Source: an uncultured bacterium (GTDB lineage Bacteria > Verrucomicrobiota > Verrucomicrobiia > Verrucomicrobiales > V1-33). Taken from it: 64,000 bases of DNA. The translations under genes were made by a program, and so were the position numbers. Positions 33,467-41,974 of this stretch are shown in pieces. The stretch covers positions 2,992 to 66,991 of the forward strand of contig CAIZWU010000201.1 in the NCBI GenBank assembly GCA_903936775.1, in the 5' to 3' direction. Under the pieces are notes generated by a model, which was given only the letters and a program-made list of their open reading frames with translations, was not told where the DNA came from and searched no databases. Every line of letters begins with the position of its first letter. Positions within the stretch are counted from its first letter, which is position 1.

Positions 33467-35941
33467 TTAGGGGCCGGATGGTCCGGCAATAGCAGCTTGC
33501 TCGGCGGCCTCGGCGGCCTCCTTGAGGCCCATGCCACTCGGATCCACCACTTTCACGGTCACAAAATAAATTGCGGCTTTACGTGAGACCTTGGTGACAT
33601 TGCTGCGGAACAAGTGGCCAATCAAAGGGATATCCCCGAACAGGGGCACTTTGTCATTGATGGTTTCGTATTTGGCATCACTGAGACCACCAATCGTGAC
33701 CGTTTCTCCATCGTAAACCTGAACGGAGGCCGTTTCATTGATCGCAGAAAATACCGGTTGGAAGATTTTATTGTCGGTCAGGACCTGACCATTGGTCATA
33801 ATCGGGGTGCCGTAATTGATGAACCCTTCGAACTCGCGGAAGATTACGGACAGATTCAGATCCACGGTGTTGCCATCATCACTGACGGTAGCCTCAACCT
33901 CGATGCTGGAGCCGGTATCCTTGTCTTCAAATGACTGGGGAGTGGTCGGCGTGACCGGGGGGACGGAATCGCTCGGTAGTTGGAGGATAATTCCGGTATC
34001 GAGGTCGATGAGTTGGGGGCCGCCAGTTACGGTCTGGGGGATCTGTGGTGGGTCAAACTCGGTGGGGTAGCGGATGGTCCTGACTGAGGCCGCAGTGGCA
34101 CGTTGGCCGGCTTTCAGGATGATGGATTGGGCCACCGAAAGGTCGATGCCTTTCTTTTGATCGAGACCACGGAGGATTCCTTGAAACTGAGGGGAAGTGA
34201 AGACGCCTGCGGTAGAGAGGATGGCGGGAGTGCGGCTGTTGGTCACGCCACTGCCGGCCGCCCCGGAGTTGATCAGACCATCAATCGTGGGATTTGACTC
34301 GAGATCGAAGGCCCCACGCAGACCCGAGGTAACGGGATTGCTGCCCATGGGGGTGGCGCCCCCGGGAGCCCGCAAGGGGTAGTCGGCGATCTGTCCGGCG
34401 GAAGTCGCGTTCCCGACGGTGCCGCCGGCCGCATAAACCCCGCCTCCCACATTGACTGCTCCCAGCAGCCAATCCATCGAGATTTCCTGCAGGCGCTGCT
34501 CTTCGGCTTTGAGCAACACCACGGTAACCTGCACCTGACGCTGGGTCTTGTCGGTGGTGCTTTCCACGGCCGTCTGCACGAGGTCGAGGTTTTCCTCGGT
34601 ATTCCGGACAATCAGTTGGTTGGCTCCAGCCGAGTAGTCTGCGGAAGTGCCTTCAGGGAAGGGGACGCCATTTTGGATCAGCCATTCCTTGGCGGAGAGC
34701 CGGGTGATTTTGAGATTGGACGCGATTTTGTCACCTCCGGAGGCGAAGGGATCGGCTCCGGAGCCTGCATCTACCGTGGCACTGCCCGCGCGGCTGAGAA
34801 ACCCGGGCGGCACGCGGTAGGTGCGGCTGACAATCCGGGAGCCGGCCCCAATCGGGGAAATCGTGATGGTATTGCCTTCCACGCTAAGGCGGGTCTGGGT
34901 CAAATCGGCAATCAGCCGCAGCGCCTCTCCCAAGGGAGCATTGCGCAGTTCCAGCGTGACCGGTTTGAAGTCTGAAGGCGCCTTGCCTCCCGGATTAAAG
35001 ACAATATTAACCCCTTTGAGGTTGGGGTCGGGTTCTGCCGTATCCAGTTCGATGCTTTTCTGGGCGAGGTAGGTGAGCGCTTCCTGCAAGGGCGTCTCCG
35101 ACATAGCGACGCGGTCCAAGGTCAGGGTTTGCATTTTCAGGCGGGCCGTGGAGATCGCTTCTCCCCCCGTCAGGGTGGCTCCGGCCTGCAGGGTGCCTCC
35201 CGGCTGGTTGGGGCCGGCCGGGGCTTTGCTTTCCCACTGCTTGTCCACCTCATTGAGCATTTTCGCCCTCGTGTAGTCCCGTTCGGACCGCAGATGCTGG
35301 TTGATCTGTTGTTCCACCCGTTCCAAACCTTGGCGGGCGGCGGTGTTGGTTTCGTCCACCGCGAGAATCTGATTGTAAGCCTGCTGAGCGGCCTTGTAGT
35401 CCGCGATATCCACCATGCCCTGCGCGATCACGAAAAGGTCGCTGACTTTTTTGGTGGCGGCAGAGTGACGGGGGCTCTGGGCGGGATTGAAGCGGTCCGG
35501 ATCGTCCAACTGGCCGAGCAGGGTTTTGGCGGGCGGATAGCCGGGGGCCACCTGGTCTTCCAGCACGGCCTGCAAAGCGAGGCGGGCTTTTTCCAGTTCC
35601 CCTTTGCTGGCGAGTTCGCGGGCGTAAGTCACGGAAGTGTCGGCCAATTTCCCGACGATCGAACGCCGGACGGGGGAAAGAGCTGCCGCAGCCTCCGGCA
35701 GGCGCTCCAAGGCGGCCCGGTAGCGGTTCACCGCCTCTGCGGTATGACCGGCTGCAAGGGTGGCATCCCCTTCGGCAGCCAAGCTTTCGGCTTCCTGGGC
35801 CAAGTCTTGGCGTCGCTGGGTTTCCCGCTGGACGGTTTCCTGCTGGGCAGGGGCCACCACTGGGTAAGCCAGCAGGGCAGCCAGCGGCAAAAGGCGCGTG
35901 GCCAGGTGGGGCACGGAAAGCAGTCTCAGGCGTTGAAGCAT
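33467..35941 (-). CDS. secretin (GspD/PilQ family) with N-terminal TPR-like region
   Basis: 824 aa with a signal peptide. The N-terminal ~200 aa are helical-repeat/TPR-like (AEAVNRYRAALERL..., YKAAQQAYNQILAVDETNTAARQGL). The C-terminal secretin signature is KVPLFGDIPLIGHLFRS. Confidence 0.9.
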   Translation of the reverse strand: MLQRLRLLSVPHLATRLLPLAALLAYPVVAPAQQETVQRETQRRQDLAQEAESLAAEGDATLAAGHTAEAVNRYRAALERLPEAAAALSPVRRSIVGKLADTSVTYARELASKGELEKARLALQAVLEDQVAPGYPPAKTLLGQLDDPDRFNPAQSPRHSAATKKVSDLFVIAQGMVDIADYKAAQQAYNQILAVDETNTAARQGLERVEQQINQHLRSERDYTRAKMLNEVDKQWESKAPAGPNQPGGTLQAGATLTGGEAISTARLKMQTLTLDRVAMSETPLQEALTYLAQKSIELDTAEPDPNLKGVNIVFNPGGKAPSDFKPVTLELRNAPLGEALRLIADLTQTRLSVEGNTITISPIGAGSRIVSRTYRVPPGFLSRAGSATVDAGSGADPFASGGDKIASNLKITRLSAKEWLIQNGVPFPEGTSADYSAGANQLIVRNTEENLDLVQTAVESTTDKTQRQVQVTVVLLKAEEQRLQEISMDWLLGAVNVGGGVYAAGGTVGNATSAGQIADYPLRAPGGATPMGSNPVTSGLRGAFDLESNPTIDGLINSGAAGSGVTNSRTPAILSTAGVFTSPQFQGILRGLDQKKGIDLSVAQSIILKAGQRATAASVRTIRYPTEFDPPQIPQTVTGGPQLIDLDTGIILQLPSDSVPPVTPTTPQSFEDKDTGSSIEVEATVSDDGNTVDLNLSVIFREFEGFINYGTPIMTNGQVLTDNKIFQPVFSAINETASVQVYDGETVTIGGLSDAKYETINDKVPLFGDIPLIGHLFRSNVTKVSRKAAIYFVTVKVVDPSGMGLKEAAEAAEQAAIAGPSGP

Positions 35942-36190
35942 GGGGAATTGAGAGGGACTGGAAAAATCAATACGCTGCTCCCGGAGTATTCCGGGCAGCA
36001 GCAGTGATCTTTAGCTGGAGCGTTGGCGTTTTGTAACGGGAAAAATTCACTTTTTTGCGTCATTCATTCTTCACGTTCCCCCGTTGTGGAACGCAGCACC
36101 GTCGTTTGATGAAGAGACGGGGTGCGGCCGGGGACGGACCGGACCGGTCTGAACGGCCAAACCGGCCTCGTCGGGGGGAACGGCTTTCCA

Positions 36191-37282
36191 TTAAATCCAG
36201 CGGGTCAAACCAGCCACCGTCGCCGTATCGAGGCGGCGGACCACGGCGGCGGTCAGGCGCACTGCGCTCAGGTAATCCTCCAAATGGAGCAGGCTGTTGT
36301 GGCTGTGGATGTAACGGGCCGGCGTGCCCAGCACGATGCAGGGCACCCCGCTTTCGTGGAACTGGAACGATTTGGCATCCGTGCCGCCACTGCGGCGCAC
36401 CGCCAGTTGGTGGGGGATGCCTTCGGCTTTGGCGGTATCGAGCACCAGATCCACCAGTCGGCGGTTCATCAGGGCGGTGGGATCGAGGACGCGGATTTGC
36501 ACGCCGCTGCCCAGGGCCCCCTGGCTTTCCTCGGACGGCATGCCCGGGGTGTCATCGGCGGGCGTGCCCTCCATGACCAGGGCCACGTCCGGCCGGGTCA
36601 GGTGGCCAAGCGTCACCGCGCCGCGGCAGCCGACTTCCTCCTGCACGCTGCCGGCGGCAATCAGTTGGCAGGGCAGGGACTCGTTTTTCAAAAGCTGCAT
36701 GGTCTGCACCGCCGCCGCCACGCCACAGCGGTTGTCGAAGGCTTTCGCGACAAACCGCTCCCCCCCTGCCAAGGCGGTGAACGCGCTGTCCGGGGCCACG
36801 GCATCCCCGAGGGAAATCCCGAGCGCTTCCACCTCCGTCCGGCTGCCGGCCCCGATATCCACGTAAAGCTGCTCCAAGGGCAGCACTTTGTCCTTGGCGC
36901 TTTCCCCCAGAAAATGCGGTGGGGTGGAACCGATCACCCCCAGCACCTCCTGCCCCGATTTAGTCAGAATCCGCACCCGCTGCGCGACCAGGGTATGCGT
37001 CCACCATCCACCCAGCGCCACCAGTTTGAGAAATCCCTTCGCCGTGATGTGCTGCACCGCAAAACCCACCTCATCAAAATGCCCGGCCACCAGCACGCGC
37101 GGACCACTGTCTTCACGCTCCACCGCGGCACTGCCGAGCCGGTCGGTGTGCACCGTGCCATGCCCGGCCAGTTCCCGCAAAAAAATCCGCCGTACCGCAT
37201 CCTCCGCGCCCGGGACGCCGTGGGCTTCGGTCAATTCACGGAGCAGACGGACGGCGTCGGTTTTTGGATCGGGCTGGGACAT
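36191..37282 (-). CDS. M42-family aminopeptidase (FrvX/glutamyl aminopeptidase-like)
   Basis: MSQPDPKTDAVRLLRELTEAHGVPGAEDAVR..., VAGHFDEVGFAV and FDNRCGVAA are M42 blocks. The start may instead be the upstream ATG at 37312. Confidence 0.85.
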   Translation of the reverse strand: MSQPDPKTDAVRLLRELTEAHGVPGAEDAVRRIFLRELAGHGTVHTDRLGSAAVEREDSGPRVLVAGHFDEVGFAVQHITAKGFLKLVALGGWWTHTLVAQRVRILTKSGQEVLGVIGSTPPHFLGESAKDKVLPLEQLYVDIGAGSRTEVEALGISLGDAVAPDSAFTALAGGERFVAKAFDNRCGVAAAVQTMQLLKNESLPCQLIAAGSVQEEVGCRGAVTLGHLTRPDVALVMEGTPADDTPGMPSEESQGALGSGVQIRVLDPTALMNRRLVDLVLDTAKAEGIPHQLAVRRSGGTDAKSFQFHESGVPCIVLGTPARYIHSHNSLLHLEDYLSAVRLTAAVVRRLDTATVAGLTRWI

Positions 37283-37357
37283 GGGGTTTTGTGGGAGAAG
37301 TGGAGAAGGCAACGGCAGTGCCTTGCAGACCTCAGGGTATAAAATGCAAAAAAACCG

Positions 37358-37813
37358 CTAGGCTATTTTGGTATTTTTCGACAAAAGATAATCAGCACGG
37401 ATGGTGGACTTGATTTCGATGTTCCTTTCCTGAATGACGGAATCCAATGCAGACAAAAAAGCGGCCTTGTCAGAACCAGTCCACATGAACGAAGCGGGAA
37501 TACTCAGTCTCCCTTTCGTGCCAAAAAACACCCAATAAGCGGTGCCTTGCTCAATGCTCAGGATCTCCTGCAGAGGAAGTTTAAATCGTCCAAAGGTGGT
37601 CGTAATCCCTGGTTTTCCATCAGTAATGCTGATTGGCCCTGCGAAAAGGAAAGTGGGTAAAGCAGATAGAATGAACAGGATGAATCCGATGAAGGCTCCG
37701 TTCTGTTTTGACATCAACGCCAACACAGCAAACCAAGAGAAGAGGATAATAGCTGTCGACCCGATGGTTTTAACTTTCCAAGTGGAAACCTTGAGGTGCG
37801 CCTGCTTTGGCAT
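37358..37813 (-). CDS. small two-TM membrane protein of unknown function in a low-GC islet (possible bacterial PH-like domain)
   Basis: 151 aa with two N-terminal TM helices (AIILFSWFAVLALM; FIGFILFILSALPTFLFAG). A soluble tail follows (ISITDGKPGITTTFGRFKLPLQEILSIEQ...). Codon usage is A/T-rich and differs strongly from all neighbours. Confidence 0.6.
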   Translation of the reverse strand: MPKQAHLKVSTWKVKTIGSTAIILFSWFAVLALMSKQNGAFIGFILFILSALPTFLFAGPISITDGKPGITTTFGRFKLPLQEILSIEQGTAYWVFFGTKGRLSIPASFMWTGSDKAAFLSALDSVIQERNIEIKSTIRADYLLSKNTKIA

Positions 37814-37827
37814 CTGATAAGTTTTTG

Positions 37828-38967
37828 TTACGCCCCCAACAGCAAACGGCTCGGCTGTTCGATGCAGTCCTTGATGCGCAGGAGGAAGGTGACGGCTTCC
37901 TTGCCGTCGATCTGGCGGTGGTCGTAGCTGAGCGCGAGATACATCATGGGGCGGATCTCGACTTTGCCATTCAGGGCGACGGGGCGCTGCTGGATGGTGT
38001 GCATGCCGAGGATGGCGCTCTGCGGGGGATTGAGGATGGGGGTGCTGAGCAGGCTGCCGTAAACACCGCCGTTGGAGATGGTGAAACAGCCGCCTTGGAG
38101 GTCTTCCATGCTGATCTTGCCTTCCTTGCCGCGGTTGGCGTAGGCGATGATTTCTTTTTCGAGGTCGGCGAAGGATTTTTGGTCGGCATCGCGGATCACG
38201 GGGACGATCAGGCCGCGCTCGGTGCCGATTGCCACGCCGATGTCGTAAAAGTGGTTGGTGATGACGTCATCGCCATCGATCCGGCCGTTGACCGCAGGGA
38301 CGGTTTTGAGGGCTTCGACGACGGCTTTGATGAAGAAGGACATGAAGCCCAGTTTCACGCCATGCCGGGCGACGAACCCGTCCTGGAGGAGCTTGCGGAG
38401 GTTCATCACTTCGGTCATGTCCACTTCATTGAACGTGGTCAGGATGGCCGCGGTCTGCTGGGCGTTGACGAGGTGGGTGGCGATTTTTTTGCGCAGCGGG
38501 GACATGCGCTGGCGGGTGGTGCGGCCGGATTGGTCGCGCACCGCAGGGGCGGCGGCCGCGGGCTTGGCAGGGGCGACGGAGAGGTCGATTTTCGGAGCCG
38601 GGGCCGCAACGGGGGCTGGGGCGACGGCGGCGGGTTTGGCTTCCACCACCGGTGCGGGAGCTGCTGCTGCCTTGGTTTCTTTTTTGCCGGCAGGAGCCGC
38701 CGGGGCAGGGGCCGCAGCCGCAGCAGGGGCCGCAGCACTTTCGCCGATGCTGCCGATGGTGGCCCCGATTTTCACTTCATCCCCGGGTTGGGCGGTGATA
38801 GTGACGACGCCGGAGGCTTCGGCGGTGATTTCGGTGGAGACCTTGTCCGTGTCGACGGTGACGAGGAGATCACCGGTTTTGACGGTGGCTCCATTGGCGA
38901 CGTGCCAGGTGGAGATCACGGCGGAAGTGATGGATTCGCCAACGGAAGGGACGGTGATAGGGGACAT
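37828..38967 (-). CDS. sucB: dihydrolipoyllysine-residue succinyltransferase (2-oxoglutarate dehydrogenase E2)
   Basis: 379 aa. The lipoyl domain contains [12 protein letters not shown], followed by an Ala/Pro-rich linker. The catalytic block is [13 protein letters not shown]. Confidence 0.92.
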   Translation of the reverse strand: MSPITVPSVGESITSAVISTWHVANGATVKTGDLLVTVDTDKVSTEITAEASGVVTITAQPGDEVKIGATIGSIGESAAAPAAAAAPAPAAPAGKKETKAAAAPAPVVEAKPAAVAPAPVAAPAPKIDLSVAPAKPAAAAPAVRDQSGRTTRQRMSPLRKKIATHLVNAQQTAAILTTFNEVDMTEVMNLRKLLQDGFVARHGVKLGFMSFFIKAVVEALKTVPAVNGRIDGDDVITNHFYDIGVAIGTERGLIVPVIRDADQKSFADLEKEIIAYANRGKEGKISMEDLQGGCFTISNGGVYGSLLSTPILNPPQSAILGMHTIQQRPVALNGKVEIRPMMYLALSYDHRQIDGKEAVTFLLRIKDCIEQPSRLLLGA

Positions 38968-39023
38968 GGGCAGGGAAATTTACGATTTAAGATGGATGAT
39001 GGATGAATTGGGAGGAACCCGCA

Positions 39024-41804
39024 TCAGACTTCGAAGGCGGCATCCACGATTTGTTTCTGCTCGGCCTTGTGGAGAGTGAGGGAGCCGACGGCAGGGCTGG
39101 CGGCACGTTTGCGGCCGGCGTAGCGGACGGTGGTGCCGGACATTTTTTCCAGACGCCAGTTGATGTGGCCCCAGGCCCCCATGTTTTTGGGTTCCTCCTG
39201 ACACCAAACCCACTTTTTGTTGGCCTTCGGATAACGCGCGGTGATGGCTTTCAGCATGTCCTCGTGGAAAGGATAGAGCTGTTCGATGCGGATGATGGCG
39301 GTGGTCTTGTCTTCCTTGTCGCTGCGGCGCTCGAGGATGTCATAATACACCTTGCCGGAGCAGAAAATGAGCCGGGTGACGCGGGAAGGGTCGGCGATGG
39401 TGGTGTCGTCGAGGACTTCCTGGAAGCAGGTGTTGCCGGTGAAATCAGCTTCGACCGAGACGGCTTCCGGCAGGCGCAGCATGCTCTTGGGCGTCATGAT
39501 GACGAGCGGCTTGCGGAACGGCCGGTTCATCTGACGGCGCAGCAGGTGGAAATACTGGGCGGGCGTGGTGAGATTGCAGACCTGGATGTTCTGCTCGGCG
39601 CAGAGCTGGAGGAAGCGCTCCAGACGGGCGCTGGAGTGCTCCGGCCCCTGGCCTTCATAACCGTGAGGAAGCAGCAGCACGATGCCGGAAGGCTTTTGCC
39701 ATTTGGACTCGGCGGGGACCATGAATTGGTCGATCATCACCTGGGCTCCATTGCCGAAATCGCCGAACTGCGCTTCCCAGAGGATCAGCATGTCCGGGGA
39801 CATCAGGCTGTAGCCATAGTCGAATCCGAGCACGGCGGCCTCGCTCAGCAGGGAGTTGTAAACGCGGAAGGTGGCGGCACCTTCCCCGAGGTGTTGCAGG
39901 GGGAAAAAGCGGTCGCGGTTTTCGGTGTCATAGAGACAGGCGTGGCGTTGGCTGAAGGTGCCGCGGCGGACGTCCTGACCGGAAAGGCGGACGGGTTTGC
40001 CTTCCCAGAGGATGGAGGCAAAGGCGAGGTGTTCGGCGTGGGCCCAGTCGAAAGGCCCCCCGTTTTCCGTGGCGGCCCGGCGTTTGTCCACCACGGTGCG
40101 TTTCACCGTGGGGTGCAGGCGGAAGCCGGACGGCACCTCGGAAATTTTCATGCCGAGCGAGCGGAACTTTTCCACCGGCAGTCCGGTGATGACGGGCGCG
40201 TGTGAGTAAGGCGGCTGGAAGACCGCGGTGGAGCCGGCAAAGACTTCCTTTTTGAGATCGGTGGTGCTGAGAGTGGTTTCGAGGGCGCGGAGTTCCTCGT
40301 ATTCTTTTTCCAGACGGCCTTCGATTTCGGCGCGGATCGCATTGCTGCGCTCGGCGGTGATGAGTCCGCTTTGCACCAGTTTTTCGCTGAAGAGATCTCC
40401 TACGGTGGATTTTCCTGCGATGAGTTTGGCGATCTTCGGCTGGGTGAAGCTGGGCTCGTCACCTTCATTGTGGCCGTGTTTCCGGTAACAATACATGTCG
40501 ATCACGACATCACGGTGGAACTTCTGGCGGAACTCCATGGCCAGCCGGGCCACAAACTGCACCTCCAGCGGGTGGTCGCCATTCACATGGAAAACCGGGG
40601 CTTCAATCATCTTGGCCACGTCGGTCGCATAGGCGCTGGAGCGGGCATCGGCGGGGGAGGTGGTGAAGCCGATCTGGTTATTGATAATCAGGTGGATGGT
40701 GCCGCCGGTGCGGTAGCCGGGGAGCTGGGAAAGATTCAGCACTTCCGCCACCATGCCCTGGCCGGCGAACGCGGCATCGCCATGGATCAGGAGCGGCAGC
40801 ACTTTGCTGCGGTCTTCGGTGTCGCCGATATCCCGCTGTTTGGCGCGGGCACAGCCTTCGACCACGGGATCCACGGCTTCCAGGTGGGACGGGTTGGGGG
40901 CGAGATAGATGCCCACCTTGGCGCCCGGCAGATCACGCACCACCTGATAACCGAGGTGGTATTTCACGTCGCCGTCCCCGGCCACAAGGTCGGGAATATA
41001 GTTGGCGCTGAATTCATGCAGCAGGACTTTGAGCGGCTTTTGCAGGTAGGTGGCGAGGACGGAAAGGCGTCCGCGGTGGGCCATGCCCATCACGATGTCC
41101 TGCACCCCGTGTTTCGGGGCGTCATTGAGGATGGTATTGAGCACCACCATGGCGCTTTCGCCGCCTTCGATGGAGAAGCGCTTTTGCCCCTTGTATTTGG
41201 TGTGCAGGAATTGTTCGAAGGCCTCGGGTTCCCAGACCCAGCGGAGGATGCGTTCCTGCTCCGTGGCGGAGGGCGGGGCGAGGTCGATCCGGTTTTCGAT
41301 CCGTTCCCGCAGCCACTCGCGCACTTCGTAGTTCAGGATGTGCATGAATTCGAAGCCAGTCAGGTCGCAGTAGGTGCGGCGCAGCCGGTCCACCATTTCC
41401 CGCAACTTGGTGCGTTGGCCGTTGTTGAAGAAGAGGGTTTCAACTTCGGAATTCAGGTCGGCTTCGGACAGGCCGAATTCCTTCAGAGACAAGCGGGCCT
41501 GCTCCGGAGCGGTGGGGCTGAGGGGATCCAGGTGGGCGCCGATATGGCCGATCGACCGATAGGTTTCGATCATCCGGGTGACGCTGGCGCGGAAGGCCAT
41601 TTCCTGCTGGCTCATGCCGCTGCGGGCAGGCTCGGAGGAGGGTGCGGCGGCAGCGGTGGCTGTTTTGGGCTGGGCGGTGCCCAGTTCGAAGCCCTCAAAA
41701 AACGCAGACCATGTGCCATCCACGGATTGGGCATCCTTGAGCCAAAGTTGATACTTCTCCTCTAATAGGTCCACATTGAGGCGGGCGGAAATCGTCGAAC
41801 TCAT
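39024..41804 (-). CDS. sucA: 2-oxoglutarate dehydrogenase E1 component
   Basis: 926 aa. Motifs include YRSIGHIGAHLDPL and the ThDP-binding block HGDAAFAGQGMVAE. The length and order upstream of sucB also fit. Confidence 0.95.
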   Translation of the reverse strand: MSSTISARLNVDLLEEKYQLWLKDAQSVDGTWSAFFEGFELGTAQPKTATAAAAPSSEPARSGMSQQEMAFRASVTRMIETYRSIGHIGAHLDPLSPTAPEQARLSLKEFGLSEADLNSEVETLFFNNGQRTKLREMVDRLRRTYCDLTGFEFMHILNYEVREWLRERIENRIDLAPPSATEQERILRWVWEPEAFEQFLHTKYKGQKRFSIEGGESAMVVLNTILNDAPKHGVQDIVMGMAHRGRLSVLATYLQKPLKVLLHEFSANYIPDLVAGDGDVKYHLGYQVVRDLPGAKVGIYLAPNPSHLEAVDPVVEGCARAKQRDIGDTEDRSKVLPLLIHGDAAFAGQGMVAEVLNLSQLPGYRTGGTIHLIINNQIGFTTSPADARSSAYATDVAKMIEAPVFHVNGDHPLEVQFVARLAMEFRQKFHRDVVIDMYCYRKHGHNEGDEPSFTQPKIAKLIAGKSTVGDLFSEKLVQSGLITAERSNAIRAEIEGRLEKEYEELRALETTLSTTDLKKEVFAGSTAVFQPPYSHAPVITGLPVEKFRSLGMKISEVPSGFRLHPTVKRTVVDKRRAATENGGPFDWAHAEHLAFASILWEGKPVRLSGQDVRRGTFSQRHACLYDTENRDRFFPLQHLGEGAATFRVYNSLLSEAAVLGFDYGYSLMSPDMLILWEAQFGDFGNGAQVMIDQFMVPAESKWQKPSGIVLLLPHGYEGQGPEHSSARLERFLQLCAEQNIQVCNLTTPAQYFHLLRRQMNRPFRKPLVIMTPKSMLRLPEAVSVEADFTGNTCFQEVLDDTTIADPSRVTRLIFCSGKVYYDILERRSDKEDKTTAIIRIEQLYPFHEDMLKAITARYPKANKKWVWCQEEPKNMGAWGHINWRLEKMSGTTVRYAGRKRAASPAVGSLTLHKAEQKQIVDAAFEV

Positions 41805-41893
41805 GACAATAAAAAACTTACAGGGGGTAATCGGGAAAAAAACGGGCTGCCGACCCGTCTTAGGGAAGGCAGCCGGGTTGGACTATGAACAAA

Positions 41894-41915
41894 CCCACTG
41901 CCGTGCGCCAGTGGG
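41894..41915 (-). terminator. candidate intrinsic terminator after the AI-2E transporter gene
   Basis: On the minus strand this reads CCCACTG-gcgcacgg-CAGTGGG followed by TTTGTTC, ~60 nt after the stop at 41975. It has a 7-bp stem and a short U-tract. Confidence 0.45.
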
Positions 41916-41974
41916 AAAATGCGGAAGGAAAGTATTTCATTCCCGACAATTCCGCCCGCTGGCTACGGGCAGAT

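Noticed and set aside
38560-38760. GC-rich quasi-repetitive DNA (GCxGCxGCC/CCG periodicity).
   Set aside because: It encodes the Ala/Pro-rich flexible linker between the lipoyl and catalytic domains of SucB. This is an expected low-complexity coding region, not a repeat element.
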